Shown one piece after another: positions 53,948 to 63,267 of a stretch of 64,000 bases of DNA. A program made the position numbers and the translations under genes. The notes under the pieces were generated by a model. That model saw only the letters and a list, made by a program, of their open reading frames with translations. It was not told the origin of the DNA and did not search any database. The stretch's first letter is position 1. Every line of letters begins with the position of its first letter. The DNA lies in the sequence record NC_042013.1. The stretch is one strand, 5' to 3'.

Positions 53948-54281
53948 AGGTGTTTATATCTTCTTTTCCATACCGATCATTATTGTATAAAATGTTTGAT
54001 GATAAATTTTTGTTACCCCATTGAAAATTAGCCCATTTGATATCGCTAAAATCAAAACGGTTGAACGGAACCGGTATAATATCTCCCAACGAACTATGCA
54101 CTGCTTTAAGTCGCGGCAACCTATCATCGCTATAGTATTTCCATATACCAACAATAAAAACACTACCGATATTATGTACATCATATTTTTTGTAATGAGT
54201 ATAGTTGTCATGACGTTCGGTTAAAATATCTATAGTAATACCACTATTGTATGATTTTAACAATTCATCGAAATTATACAT
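53919..54281 (-). CDS. family A paralogue, cluster 2
   Basis: start refined to MYNFDELL; SSLGDIIPVPF. Confidence 0.75.
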   Translation of the reverse strand: MYNFDELLKSYNSGITIDILTERHDNYTHYKKYDVHNIGSVFIVGIWKYYSDDRLPRLKAVHSSLGDIIPVPFNRFDFSDIKWANFQWGNKNLSSNILYNNDRYGKEDINTFVLERFSYV

Positions 54282-54582
54282 AATATTTCTCCAAAATCTC
54301 GTATATATCAGACGCCTCAAATATTTCAAGTTTACCAGAACGATCAGAGTATTTGCATTTATAAGGTATATCTCCCAAGTTTATTTGAAAAGCAGCGATT
54401 TTATCAAAGTTTAACGCAGGAACAGATATCGGTAATAAATCATTCAGGTTCGCTGAGGAATGGACTACATTAAAATTAGTATCGCTTATTCTAAAAATAT
54501 TCCCATCATTACCATTACTATAGCTCAAATAATGACGATGATCAGGGGTAACGATGGTTAATACGATGTCTTTTATGATCAT
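54274..54582 (-). CDS. family A paralogue, cluster 2
   Basis: ANLNDLLPISV. Confidence 0.75.
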   Translation of the reverse strand: MIIKDIVLTIVTPDHRHYLSYSNGNDGNIFRISDTNFNVVHSSANLNDLLPISVPALNFDKIAAFQINLGDIPYKCKYSDRSGKLEIFEASDIYEILEKYYV

Positions 54583-54857
54583 TTTCTATCCAATACTAAA
54601 AATTCTTCGACTGTGAGGTAATAATTTTTTGCAGATGTGTCGTTTCGTATAACCTGAATAGTTGGGTCTTCAGAATGATATAGGCGTGCTATCTTAATAT
54701 TTTTCCACACTGCTTCTATTTGAAACGGTAACAAGTCTGACAAAACATTAGACGTGTATTGATGACCACTTTTACTGGATAGATGATAAACCGGCGTACC
54801 TGAATTAAACATGTACAGGGTTTTTGCATTTTTAAGTAAATCAATTACTGTTGTCAT
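54579..54857 (-). CDS. family A paralogue, cluster 2
   Basis: NVLSDLLPFQI. Confidence 0.8.
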   Translation of the reverse strand: MTTVIDLLKNAKTLYMFNSGTPVYHLSSKSGHQYTSNVLSDLLPFQIEAVWKNIKIARLYHSEDPTIQVIRNDTSAKNYYLTVEEFLVLDRK

Positions 54858-55207
54858 TTTTTAAAACCTATCAGATTATATGTTTTGCTTATAAGATATA
54901 TGTCATTTTTTGTAATACTAATCTGACCTAACGGATATTTTTTAACAAGATAATCTATACGTTCTTTTGTGTATTCATCACTTACAGGGAAATAATCAGA
55001 TATCGTTCGTGTATGGGTTCCTGCCGTTATTAAGAATATCCTATTGTTAACGAGAATGGTTATATCATCAATAATTCCGCCATTCCTTAGAAAATGTTGA
55101 ATGTCGCAAAACATATCATTTACATCATCTTTTATGATTTTGCCTTCTTTGGTGTAATTCCATAGGATGTGGTAGTATATATACCGAAACCACTTAATTA
55201 TTTTCAT
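54854..55207 (-). CDS. family A paralogue, cluster 2
   Basis: RTISDYFPVSD. Confidence 0.7.
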   Translation of the reverse strand: MKIIKWFRYIYYHILWNYTKEGKIIKDDVNDMFCDIQHFLRNGGIIDDITILVNNRIFLITAGTHTRTISDYFPVSDEYTKERIDYLVKKYPLGQISITKNDIYLISKTYNLIGFKK

Positions 55208-55524
55208 ATATTGATAACCTCCAATAAGTTGAAATCAGAGTCATGAAATCTAATAGAATTTTTAAAAATACTAATACGATCTGTAAAGGGAACAGAAGAA
55301 CGAAGTTTATACAAGATCGTAATAGTGTCCTCGTTATTGATGGGCAACAAGTCTGATATATCATTTGTTCTATTAGCAGATAGTTTTCTTCCTTGAATAA
55401 AAAATGATACTTTATTAACATCAATAGTAAGATAGTCGGTATGCTTCCCTCGGTAATATTCTGGAAATAGAATGGTCAGACCAGCATTGAATAATTTACA
55501 AAATTTTATAATTTTCTGCGACAT
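55204..55524 (-). CDS. family A paralogue, cluster 2
   Basis: NDISDLLPINN. Confidence 0.75.
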   Translation of the reverse strand: MSQKIIKFCKLFNAGLTILFPEYYRGKHTDYLTIDVNKVSFFIQGRKLSANRTNDISDLLPINNEDTITILYKLRSSVPFTDRISIFKNSIRFHDSDFNLLEVINI

Positions 55525-56265
55525 TTACAATTTCCTCAATACGATTTCCGGTTCCATAGCATACCAACCGGAGGCATATATAGGATTTGTCTCCATTAGT
55601 TTCCATTTACCATCAACCATAGCCAAATCCATGACAAATGGTCGGGTTGTTTCAAATTTGGATGCAAACCGTTGTGCAACCCTTATGATACCAAGGTCAT
55701 CAACCATCACTCGATGTTGTTCACCGTTTTTTCTATAAAAGCTTGCACCAACAACCTCACCATCAATAATCCAACAACGGATTTCTGCATCAATTGTTTT
55801 CAAAGGAGAAATCCAAAATGTTGCATTTTCTATTTGCCTGTCTTTGATATGATCTTGCCATTTTTCCAAATCATATACACCACCAACGACCGCCTTATCC
55901 TCATTCAACGGACGAATGTGATATAGATGATCAAAATGAATGTTAGAACCGAGGTGTTCTCTTCCGTCACTATTAACAACGTCATCGCCAAAAATATCAA
56001 GCCATTTATAGACATCAAACAGTTCATTGAACGCGTTTACGTTTTTAAATTGATTGCTTTCAGTAGCACGCTTTACCCATCCAACTGAACCATAAGGTAT
56101 CCTATGGTTGGACGGGTGATTAAGCAATTCTTCCCAAGTGTCAAACGAGAAATCGCCAGCAAGTGACGCGTCTATAAAATCAACGTTATTGTCACGACAA
56201 TATTGCGCAACAGGACCAGTGATCCGATCCACCAGATTGTTTTGCAATACGAATAAGACACTCAT
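55525..56265 (-). CDS. ATP-grasp domain protein (DUF4343/R2K-like)
   Basis: HIRP..EDK...GGV, EIRCWIIDGEVV..S.Y, FVMDLA....WKLMETNP...SG.Y. Confidence 0.8.
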   Translation of the reverse strand: MSVLFVLQNNLVDRITGPVAQYCRDNNVDFIDASLAGDFSFDTWEELLNHPSNHRIPYGSVGWVKRATESNQFKNVNAFNELFDVYKWLDIFGDDVVNSDGREHLGSNIHFDHLYHIRPLNEDKAVVGGVYDLEKWQDHIKDRQIENATFWISPLKTIDAEIRCWIIDGEVVGASFYRKNGEQHRVMVDDLGIIRVAQRFASKFETTRPFVMDLAMVDGKWKLMETNPIYASGWYAMEPEIVLRKL

Positions 56266-56337
56266 TAAAAAATCCTTGTTTTAGATAACGCATTGCGATA
56301 TCTTATACACAAGTTGTCTATTTGTAAAGGGTTTTAA

Positions 56338-56646
56338 ATGTCGTTGACATTTTACAGTAAAAAGTTACCAACCGGTTTTCGAACCCAACTGTCCGTCTTA
56401 TTAGATGAGAAATCGTACAACGAATATGACCAATTAGGATATTTTTGGATTTATACTGATGGGTCTGTGGTTATGTTTAGCCCATCCGTTTTTGATTTCA
56501 TACCATTTGAAATTGATACAAGCGAATGGGGTAAGATCGGAATTTACCCTATACATAATGAAGTTCAATTTATCAGTAATGAACACTTTGTTCGTCGGCT
56601 TGATGAAAATATTTTCGAAATATTCAAAGGGATGGAAAAAGTATGA
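56338..56646 (+). CDS. family A paralogue, cluster 2
   Basis: PSVFDFIPFEI, DENIFEIFK. Confidence 0.8.
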   Translation: MSLTFYSKKLPTGFRTQLSVLLDEKSYNEYDQLGYFWIYTDGSVVMFSPSVFDFIPFEIDTSEWGKIGIYPIHNEVQFISNEHFVRRLDENIFEIFKGMEKV

Positions 56647-56957
56647 TTCTTGATGAATTGATATCACTTATAGAGAACGGTAACGTCTCTCTGGAGTATC
56701 TTTTGATTAACAATAGAAAATTCAAAAAGAAAAAAGGTAAATGGCGTTACATAGTACGTGCAAATGCAAAAACGGTTGACTGCGTGTATGAATATGAAAA
56801 CATATTCGAGTTTCTACCCATCACGGTTGCTGTTAAACAAGATATTTACCAGATTTGGATTCACGAAGGATTAATAGAAATATATTACAATAACGATGAT
56901 ATGGATAGTATTCATATTGAATTAACAACGGAGAATTGGAAAAAATGTCTATCTTAA
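56643..56957 (+). CDS. family A paralogue, cluster 2
   Basis: ENIFEFLPITV. Confidence 0.7.
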   Translation: MILDELISLIENGNVSLEYLLINNRKFKKKKGKWRYIVRANAKTVDCVYEYENIFEFLPITVAVKQDIYQIWIHEGLIEIYYNNDDMDSIHIELTTENWKKCLS

Positions 56958-57268
56958 AAATTTTAACCGATTCATACTTTGTTAATAATAATGTAGTGTT
57001 GTACATTACCGAAAAAAGCGACCTTTTTGAAACGTTTTCAACAACTAAATCAAAAGTGTTACTCGTAAGAAATACAGACATTTCTTATAGCGTCAATCAT
57101 ATAGATTTTGATGATATCAGTGAAATCTTTCCAGTATGTCACATATCAGATGAAGTTAAATCATTTACGATTATTAACAACGTTATCAATATAGTGTTAA
57201 CCGAGGATAGGGTTATGGTTCCTCTTGATGACGCCGCAATTGATCTGATATTCAAATATCAGCTATAA
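56936..57268 (+). CDS. family A paralogue, cluster 2
   Basis: DDISEIFPVCH. Confidence 0.7.
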   Translation: MEKMSILKILTDSYFVNNNVVLYITEKSDLFETFSTTKSKVLLVRNTDISYSVNHIDFDDISEIFPVCHISDEVKSFTIINNVINIVLTEDRVMVPLDDAAIDLIFKYQL

Positions 57269-57566
57269 CAACATCAATCTCTTTAAATGCGTCGTGGATG
57301 TTCTCTATGTTGAAATTCATTAAACATAGATCATTGACTGTGGATGAGTAATAATTGTTCCTGACGTATGTTATCTCAAACCCTTGACACAAATTGATGT
57401 CATTTTCAAAAACGTATGGGATGTAATCGGTTATGTCAACTATGTCTTTTTCTACAATAGTCTCATTGACCAATAAAAGATTAGTTGTTGGTTTGTCCTT
57501 GAAGAATTTTTTATATATTGGAAAATTTGGGTTATTAGTGTTAACATATCTCAGTTTAAATAACAT
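57252..57566 (-). CDS. family A paralogue, cluster 2
   Basis: VDITDYIPYVF. Confidence 0.75.
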   Translation of the reverse strand: MLFKLRYVNTNNPNFPIYKKFFKDKPTTNLLLVNETIVEKDIVDITDYIPYVFENDINLCQGFEITYVRNNYYSSTVNDLCLMNFNIENIHDAFKEIDVVIADI

Positions 57567-57622
57567 ATCTTAATACCTTTGGTAATGTTTAAATATACCG
57601 TATCACCTGCAAGGAATTCAAT

Positions 57623-57952
57623 ATGAAAGAGTTTTTCGATCCGGCTTCATATATATTTACGTATATTAGCGCGTCATACGACCGTTTCGATTATGAGATA
57701 GAAGCTTATAGTGAGGATGTGGCCGAAATACTTAGAAACAATGGGTTTGCTTGGAAATTCAACTTTCATAAAGAGTATTTGTGCACTAATATCAATAAAG
57801 TTCTTCCATATAATAATGCAAAGTTTAAAGATGAGATTCATCTCGTTTCGTGTTCGGTAACAGGGTTATCTTATCGAACTAAGGACGGCTGGACAATCGT
57901 TCCTGATAAATTTTCATCAAATTTTTTTAAAGATCGCCTAGTGTACCTTTGA
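57623..57952 (+). CDS. family A paralogue, cluster 2
   Basis: TNINKVLPYNN; AAGGA RBS. Confidence 0.7.
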   Translation: MKEFFDPASYIFTYISASYDRFDYEIEAYSEDVAEILRNNGFAWKFNFHKEYLCTNINKVLPYNNAKFKDEIHLVSCSVTGLSYRTKDGWTIVPDKFSSNFFKDRLVYL

Positions 57953-58277
57953 AATTTTTGAAAAAATCCTCCAGACCTTCATATCGGACATTATAATACA
58001 TATCGTCATATCCAATCTCTGTTAAACGAAGGTTGCTTTTGTTTTTTTCATTAAACGAAAAGTTTACAGAATGAAATCTTGTCAAATCGATATCTAACAC
58101 AATTGGTAGCAAATCGGATAGTTCATTTGCAAAATATGAATCACCGGATACAATACACCAATAATGGTTCCCTTCAGGAACAAAATTTTTGGAACGTTTA
58201 AGAGAATTCACGTGATTCAACCACGATGGGCTGTCTGAAGTGGTATAAAAAAATGATGCTACTCGTTTCATCCACAT
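57927..58277 (-). CDS. family A paralogue, cluster 2
   Basis: NELSDLLPIVL, EGLEDFFKN. Confidence 0.8.
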   Translation of the reverse strand: MWMKRVASFFYTTSDSPSWLNHVNSLKRSKNFVPEGNHYWCIVSGDSYFANELSDLLPIVLDIDLTRFHSVNFSFNEKNKSNLRLTEIGYDDMYYNVRYEGLEDFFKNFKGTLGDL

Positions 58278-58597
58278 ATGTGTTCCAATACTTGTTTCAT
58301 GTGTTCATAATATACGGTTGTCTCTACACCGTTGACGTAAATATTCACCCGTATTTCACCTTGGCGATACATATGATCGGCCCTAATTCTACCAGTATGG
58401 GTTGGTTTATATCCCTCTAAGTCTGGATGGATTTCTGAAAGATCATTGACACGAAAATAAAGATATCTCTCAGTTAGCTCTTTATTAATGATACCAACCT
58501 CCCACGTCCATTTCGACTTATTCTTATCCATTGGCTTACTTTTAGGTGAGCCATATGGAACGTAAAAGGATGTTAATGTGACTATTTTATCGAGCAT
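58268..58597 (-). CDS. family A paralogue, cluster 2
   Basis: NDLSEIHPDL. Confidence 0.7.
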   Translation of the reverse strand: MLDKIVTLTSFYVPYGSPKSKPMDKNKSKWTWEVGIINKELTERYLYFRVNDLSEIHPDLEGYKPTHTGRIRADHMYRQGEIRVNIYVNGVETTVYYEHMKQVLEHICG

Positions 58598-58742
58598 GAT
58601 GAATCCTTACAATACGGTAATCGCCGGAAGGACGTCTCCCGGCGATCTTCTTTCTATCGTATTGCTTTTTAGATTTCACGACTTTCATTTTGAATGTTGA
58701 TTGACGCAAAACCAAAGCAACGGGGTTGCGCTTTTTAGCCAT
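58587..58742 (-). CDS. basic 51-aa ArfA-like peptide
   Basis: read manually: MAKKRNPVALVLRQSTFKMKVVKSKKQYDRKK...; AAGGAG RBS. Confidence 0.6.
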   Translation of the reverse strand: MAKKRNPVALVLRQSTFKMKVVKSKKQYDRKKIAGRRPSGDYRIVRIHHAR

Positions 58743-58828
58743 ACCTGTTCTCCTTTGGTTGCATTAGTATTTACAATTCTTATATCACATGATAATATGA
58801 ATAATCAAGCCCGTGTTAGGTTAATCAT

Positions 58829-59107
58829 ATGATGGTCTACAAATATTTTTTTAGAGATAGAACCCTTGAATACAACCGCCATATAAAAATGGGGAAACAC
58901 GATTTTCTGTCTCAATGGTCTATTAAAACCGAACTACCTCGCCCGCGTAAAGGGATCAGTACGTTGTATACGAAAGATTACACGAAGCAATTTCCTTTTG
59001 TAATCGACACCAAAGATTACAACTATATCCATATTTCCTTTCAAGGGTTTCGCATTAACAATGGCAAAACCATTTCATTTGATGAATGGGATATGTATTT
59101 TGGATAA
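58829..59107 (+). CDS. family A paralogue, cluster 2
   Basis: KDYTKQFPFVI. Confidence 0.7.
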   Translation: MMVYKYFFRDRTLEYNRHIKMGKHDFLSQWSIKTELPRPRKGISTLYTKDYTKQFPFVIDTKDYNYIHISFQGFRINNGKTISFDEWDMYFG

Positions 59108-59360
59108 CGTCAAAGACTATATAGTAAACAGTATTCAAACGTTTTCTTTATCTCGTCATAAAGGCGGATACCTTAGAATTCATCCTCATGGATACAGATA
59201 CAACTTCAAAAACATCGAAGAATTATTTCCGTTTAAAGAAAATTTACCTGATAACATCTATTCATTGTTTATCTTTAGCGATAAAACGATGTATGCTAAA
59301 AGATCAGATGAGTTCAACTACGATTACAACATTGAAGAATTTAAAAGGTGGTTGTTGTGA
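59061..59360 (+). CDS. family A paralogue, cluster 2
   Basis: KNIEELFPFKE. Confidence 0.7.
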   Translation: MAKPFHLMNGICILDNVKDYIVNSIQTFSLSRHKGGYLRIHPHGYRYNFKNIEELFPFKENLPDNIYSLFIFSDKTMYAKRSDEFNYDYNIEEFKRWLL

Positions 59361-59701
59361 AAAATTTAACTAGTATAGAATTTTTTAAAGCTGATTGCGA
59401 TATGTACCGGGGTGCATACCCGTACATGACCGATGAAATGATAAATGATATCCGCCGTCAGGGTTATGGATGGGATATCTGTATAACCCTTAATGACATA
59501 GATACGTATTATTTTGTTGTAAATTTGGAAGACGTTCTTCCAGTAAAAATAGGAAAAATACCTGAAGACTCATATTATAAAATATCTTTCAGACAAGGGA
59601 AAATTATTGATAGGAGGAATATCTCTTACCCCCTATCATCTACAGAAACTATGTTCGGTTTTAAAATTCAGACGATGCCATATCATCAAGATATTCCATA
59701 A
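59348..59701 (+). CDS. family A paralogue, cluster 2
   Basis: VNLEDVLPVKI. Confidence 0.7.
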   Translation: MVVVKNLTSIEFFKADCDMYRGAYPYMTDEMINDIRRQGYGWDICITLNDIDTYYFVVNLEDVLPVKIGKIPEDSYYKISFRQGKIIDRRNISYPLSSTETMFGFKIQTMPYHQDIP

Positions 59702-59939
59702 GCTCGGTAAATGATTCGAACTTTCCACAATAAACCGTCTCTCTACGCAACTCATATTGACCTTTTGAGTATATGATCTTATAAACTTTGTTGTTTTTAA
59801 AATTATCCCCTATCGGAAGGTAATCAGTGACACTGTTAGCATATTGCGCGTGGCCTGATTTGTCTATGATCATAAATGTATAATAATCAAAATCCGTCAA
59901 AATTTTTTTGAAGGAAAATGTATAGGGACGGTCGTTCAT
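59661..59939 (-). CDS. family A paralogue, cluster 2
   Basis: start refined to MNDRPY (GGAGG RBS); NSVTDYLPIGD. Confidence 0.75.
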   Translation of the reverse strand: MNDRPYTFSFKKILTDFDYYTFMIIDKSGHAQYANSVTDYLPIGDNFKNNKVYKIIYSKGQYELRRETVYCGKFESFTELMEYLDDMASSEF

Positions 59940-60033
59940 CGCGGTTGTCCTCCACTGCGTATACAAGTATTTAGAGGTTGACCGTCGCATTCGATGTGTT
60001 TATACTACAAACATCTATTTTTAGGAGTTTGTT

Positions 60034-60378
60034 TTGATATTAACAATTCACATATACGACCGACGAATGTTTGATGTGAACCGATTTCGGCGGTCAAGTA
60101 CAATATGGTTATTCGATGACGATTGGGATGACTATATCGTATATGAGGTTTATGCTGAAAAGGGTATATCTCCTAAAGTTATCACAGACGATATTACCAA
60201 ATTACTACCTGTAAAGATTAAAGTTGAAGAAGCATTTGCTAGAATGGTGTTAATAAACCTCTTCATATCTGGTGACATGTGTTCCTTTTCTTATACCGGT
60301 GATTCTAAATCATTTCATACTGGTAATAAATCTTTTCATCAATTGATAAATTATATTACGGATTCAACACATGAATGA
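60034..60378 (+). CDS. family A paralogue, cluster 2
   Basis: DDITKLLPVKI; AGGAG RBS. Confidence 0.75.
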   Translation: MILTIHIYDRRMFDVNRFRRSSTIWLFDDDWDDYIVYEVYAEKGISPKVITDDITKLLPVKIKVEEAFARMVLINLFISGDMCSFSYTGDSKSFHTGNKSFHQLINYITDSTHE

Positions 60379-60613
60379 TATGCCGATTACATACGTTATG
60401 TTCTCCAGTACGATGAATATTCATTCACAAACCACGGTGTCTGGTAGAATTTACATTGAACGTTTTGATGATATATTGCCTATCAACAATATAGATTACC
60501 GTTTGTTTTGTAGATGTTTCAAAAACAAATATAATGTTGATCATATAGATTTTTACAATATTCCCGAATTGGTCGATTATATATACGACGCACACGAGAA
60601 TAAAGACAAATGA
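60371..60613 (+). CDS. family A paralogue, cluster 2
   Basis: ERFDDILPINN. Confidence 0.75.
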   Translation: MNDMPITYVMFSSTMNIHSQTTVSGRIYIERFDDILPINNIDYRLFCRCFKNKYNVDHIDFYNIPELVDYIYDAHENKDK

Positions 60614-60894
60614 TAAATTTCAACGGTAATTTTGCTCTACATATACGAAAACTTACCACAAAAAAAGATGTAACTTCTTTTTTTGTAAATTTACCGTATG
60701 ATGCTGGCAAGCGGCACGCGTTCGCGGTTGACATCTTAAAGAAAAGTGGTCAATATCATTTTTATGAATCATATGACCTTACCGATTATCTTCCTATAGT
60801 CATAGATTATAAAAATATAAAGACATCATTTATAATAGAAAATGATATACATTTCGCAGATTTTCTTAAAAAGGTAAAATATAACAATGAGTAA
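60610..60894 (+). CDS. family A paralogue, cluster 2
   Basis: YDLTDYLPIVI. Confidence 0.75.
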   Translation: MINFNGNFALHIRKLTTKKDVTSFFVNLPYDAGKRHAFAVDILKKSGQYHFYESYDLTDYLPIVIDYKNIKTSFIIENDIHFADFLKKVKYNNE

Positions 60895-61201
60895 TTGGAA
60901 AATTTACTTCTTCGACAAAACAGATTGGACGTTTGAGCTTAAACATCTTCCTATGGTGGAAGACAAGTTATATGGCATCGCCTACGATTACATAGGTAGT
61001 CCACATTTTACGCTCGAAACATATGACATTGAAGATTTTATACCATTCAGTTTCGTAGTTAGTACCCCGATTCATATGATTAGCATCTTTGATGGAGAAG
61101 GAAGGACAACAGATAATCTTATGGTTCATTGTACCTTTACAGAAAATAAAGATTCTATAGTGATACCATTAAAAACTTTCATTGATAAATATTGCGAATA
61201 A
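60887..61201 (+). CDS. family A paralogue, cluster 2
   Basis: YDIEDFIPFSF. Confidence 0.8.
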   Translation: MSNWKIYFFDKTDWTFELKHLPMVEDKLYGIAYDYIGSPHFTLETYDIEDFIPFSFVVSTPIHMISIFDGEGRTTDNLMVHCTFTENKDSIVIPLKTFIDKYCE

Positions 61202-61228
61202 AAAAGGGGCTTTGATGCCCCTTTTTTC
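61201..61228. terminator. bidirectional intrinsic terminator
   Basis: AAAAAGGGGC-TTTGAT-GCCCCTTTTTT between convergent genes. Confidence 0.8.
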
Positions 61229-61877
61229 ATGCATCAAGAAATTGACGCCACTTAATGAAATACGATTCCAGTTGGTCACTACGTGCGTGCGTTCCGTAAT
61301 GATATAGGCGGAAATCTTTCTGATTTTGGATTTTATCAGCAATCAACATTTCTCTAACATCCGGCAACAGAAACCCAACCGCATTACCGATATCATTCAA
61401 ATCCCAATTGTCTGTTGATGGTTTGCAAAGATATGAATTTGCGGTGCGGCGATATTCCATTGCAAGAATAACCACGTTCATATCCACCAATGTATCCGAA
61501 TTTAGGATTTCCTCGAGGTTCGCATCACCTTGAAATACGGGATGAACAATATATGCTCTAATGGCACGATCAGATGCTCCGCGTTCAACCATAATAGCGA
61601 TACCCTCATCAATATGATTCATCAAAGGCACACCTGAACGTTTGGTGGTATCATTCTTGTACAAATCCTTGATGATTTTATACTCTACTGTATTTCGGTA
61701 ATCCATTGGTTCTATTCCTCGTTCAAAACGTGATTGTGCATAGAGAATTCGTGCACTCTCAAGTGCATTAGGGAAAATGGATGGATATTTTCTCCCCCAT
61801 TTCCATAAAGATGCGGCGCGATTTTGAATATTTGATTTAGGCAATGATAGCGGTTTTGATTTGTTATTTTTTGACAT
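61227..61877 (-). CDS. HD-superfamily-like protein with HP in place of HD
   Basis: start refined to MSKNNK; RSGVPLMNHIDEG ... VHPVFQ ... LIADKIQN. Confidence 0.6.
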   Translation of the reverse strand: MSKNNKSKPLSLPKSNIQNRAASLWKWGRKYPSIFPNALESARILYAQSRFERGIEPMDYRNTVEYKIIKDLYKNDTTKRSGVPLMNHIDEGIAIMVERGASDRAIRAYIVHPVFQGDANLEEILNSDTLVDMNVVILAMEYRRTANSYLCKPSTDNWDLNDIGNAVGFLLPDVREMLIADKIQNQKDFRLYHYGTHARSDQLESYFIKWRQFLDA

Positions 61878-62332
61878 TACGCGTCTTCCAAAATATCTGC
61901 CCAATGAACATTCAAGTTAGAACGTTGGGCGGCGACGATATCACCATCATTTTCGATATATGCTTTATGAATCCAAACTGGATTAGTGATGATGTGGAGG
62001 GCATACGTTACGTCCGATGGGTCTACCTTTCCATACAAAGGTGCAATCAATGTCATTGCATTCGTTTTCAATTCTTGAAATGAAGGGGGGATAATTGTCT
62101 CATCTTCGTTGATGATTCGAGCCGAATTGTAATATGTAGAACCATCATCGCTTACATGATAATAAACATCAAAATGTTTGTCATAGTCAGGATAATCTAC
62201 GCCATCAAGGGCAATATCATCAAGATTATAACCATATGACGATTTACTCACTACACGATTAGAAACCTTTGGAATTTCTGAAAAACTATTTGCAATAGAG
62301 AGAACAGTTCCAGTATAGGTTGAAATTTTCAT
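61877..62332 (-). CDS. hypothetical protein
   Basis: 151-aa ORF, TAATG-coupled to next gene. Confidence 0.75.
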   Translation of the reverse strand: MKISTYTGTVLSIANSFSEIPKVSNRVVSKSSYGYNLDDIALDGVDYPDYDKHFDVYYHVSDDGSTYYNSARIINEDETIIPPSFQELKTNAMTLIAPLYGKVDPSDVTYALHIITNPVWIHKAYIENDGDIVAAQRSNLNVHWADILEDA

Positions 62333-62336
62333 ATAC

Positions 62337-63182
62337 TTACCTTTCGTTAAAAGCGTCGTATTCTTTCAATAGATCGCTGACCATGTTATCAAAATGCTTG
62401 CATTGTTTTTGTTTTTTAGTTTGCATAACGGGTAATGCCAGAATCCTCTTATGGTTGTCAATAGCAATAGACCTGAAATCGGTATTATATCTCTGAGTGT
62501 TTTCATCGATAAGGATATTAAAATATGTGATCAGTTTTGATGACATTCTCATATTGCAATATTCATTGGCTACAAGAATACCGGCCATTGACTGAACAAA
62601 TGAAAGTGGCGGAACCGACATTGGTTTATGCCATTTACCATCGCGAAATATATTAGTCGGAATTGCCAATTCTTGAATCGCCTTGATATCCAAATATGAA
62701 AAACTGTCTGGAGAAGACTGTGTAGCGAAAATGATAAAATCATCGCTATATCCAAGTTTCGACATATATGATCCAATAAGGGCATTGCCTACTGACGCTG
62801 TAACGGGGATGTTGTTTACCATATCATATGCACCGTGGAACCCAACGGTTGCTTCTGTAGAGACGCCTCTAGCTTTTCCAGCAATCCAGATAAATGCACA
62901 TCCTGAAAGACATTCATCTTCATCAAGAACATTGGTAGCGTATCCCTTTTCACGAATATACTTTCCAATTTCCATTGATTCCCACAAAAGTCCACCTTCG
63001 CTTTTAAGGATGACGTCGACATTGTCTCCAAGTTTCAAGTTTTTGAATTTAACAGAATCACCTGAAACGATTTCGCCATCAATGACAACATTTTGATGAC
63101 CGTTCTCAAGATTGAAAACAGTTATATCAGCAGCCAATGCGGGGAATGCGATAAGAGAAAACAGAACCGTCCAAAATTTCAT
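62337..63182 (-). CDS. exported COG3904-like ClpP/crotonase-fold protein
   Basis: signal peptide; IDGEI..GD, L.SEGG......IG..IR, CLSGCAFIWIAGK.R, VGFH. Confidence 0.7.
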   Translation of the reverse strand: MKFWTVLFSLIAFPALAADITVFNLENGHQNVVIDGEIVSGDSVKFKNLKLGDNVDVILKSEGGLLWESMEIGKYIREKGYATNVLDEDECLSGCAFIWIAGKARGVSTEATVGFHGAYDMVNNIPVTASVGNALIGSYMSKLGYSDDFIIFATQSSPDSFSYLDIKAIQELAIPTNIFRDGKWHKPMSVPPLSFVQSMAGILVANEYCNMRMSSKLITYFNILIDENTQRYNTDFRSIAIDNHKRILALPVMQTKKQKQCKHFDNMVSDLLKEYDAFNER

Positions 63183-63267
63183 ATAAACCCCCTTTTTAAA
63201 ACTTAGATATGACTACTTGATATTAACAATTTTGTCAAGTATGATACTAACAAATTAGGAGATTGAT

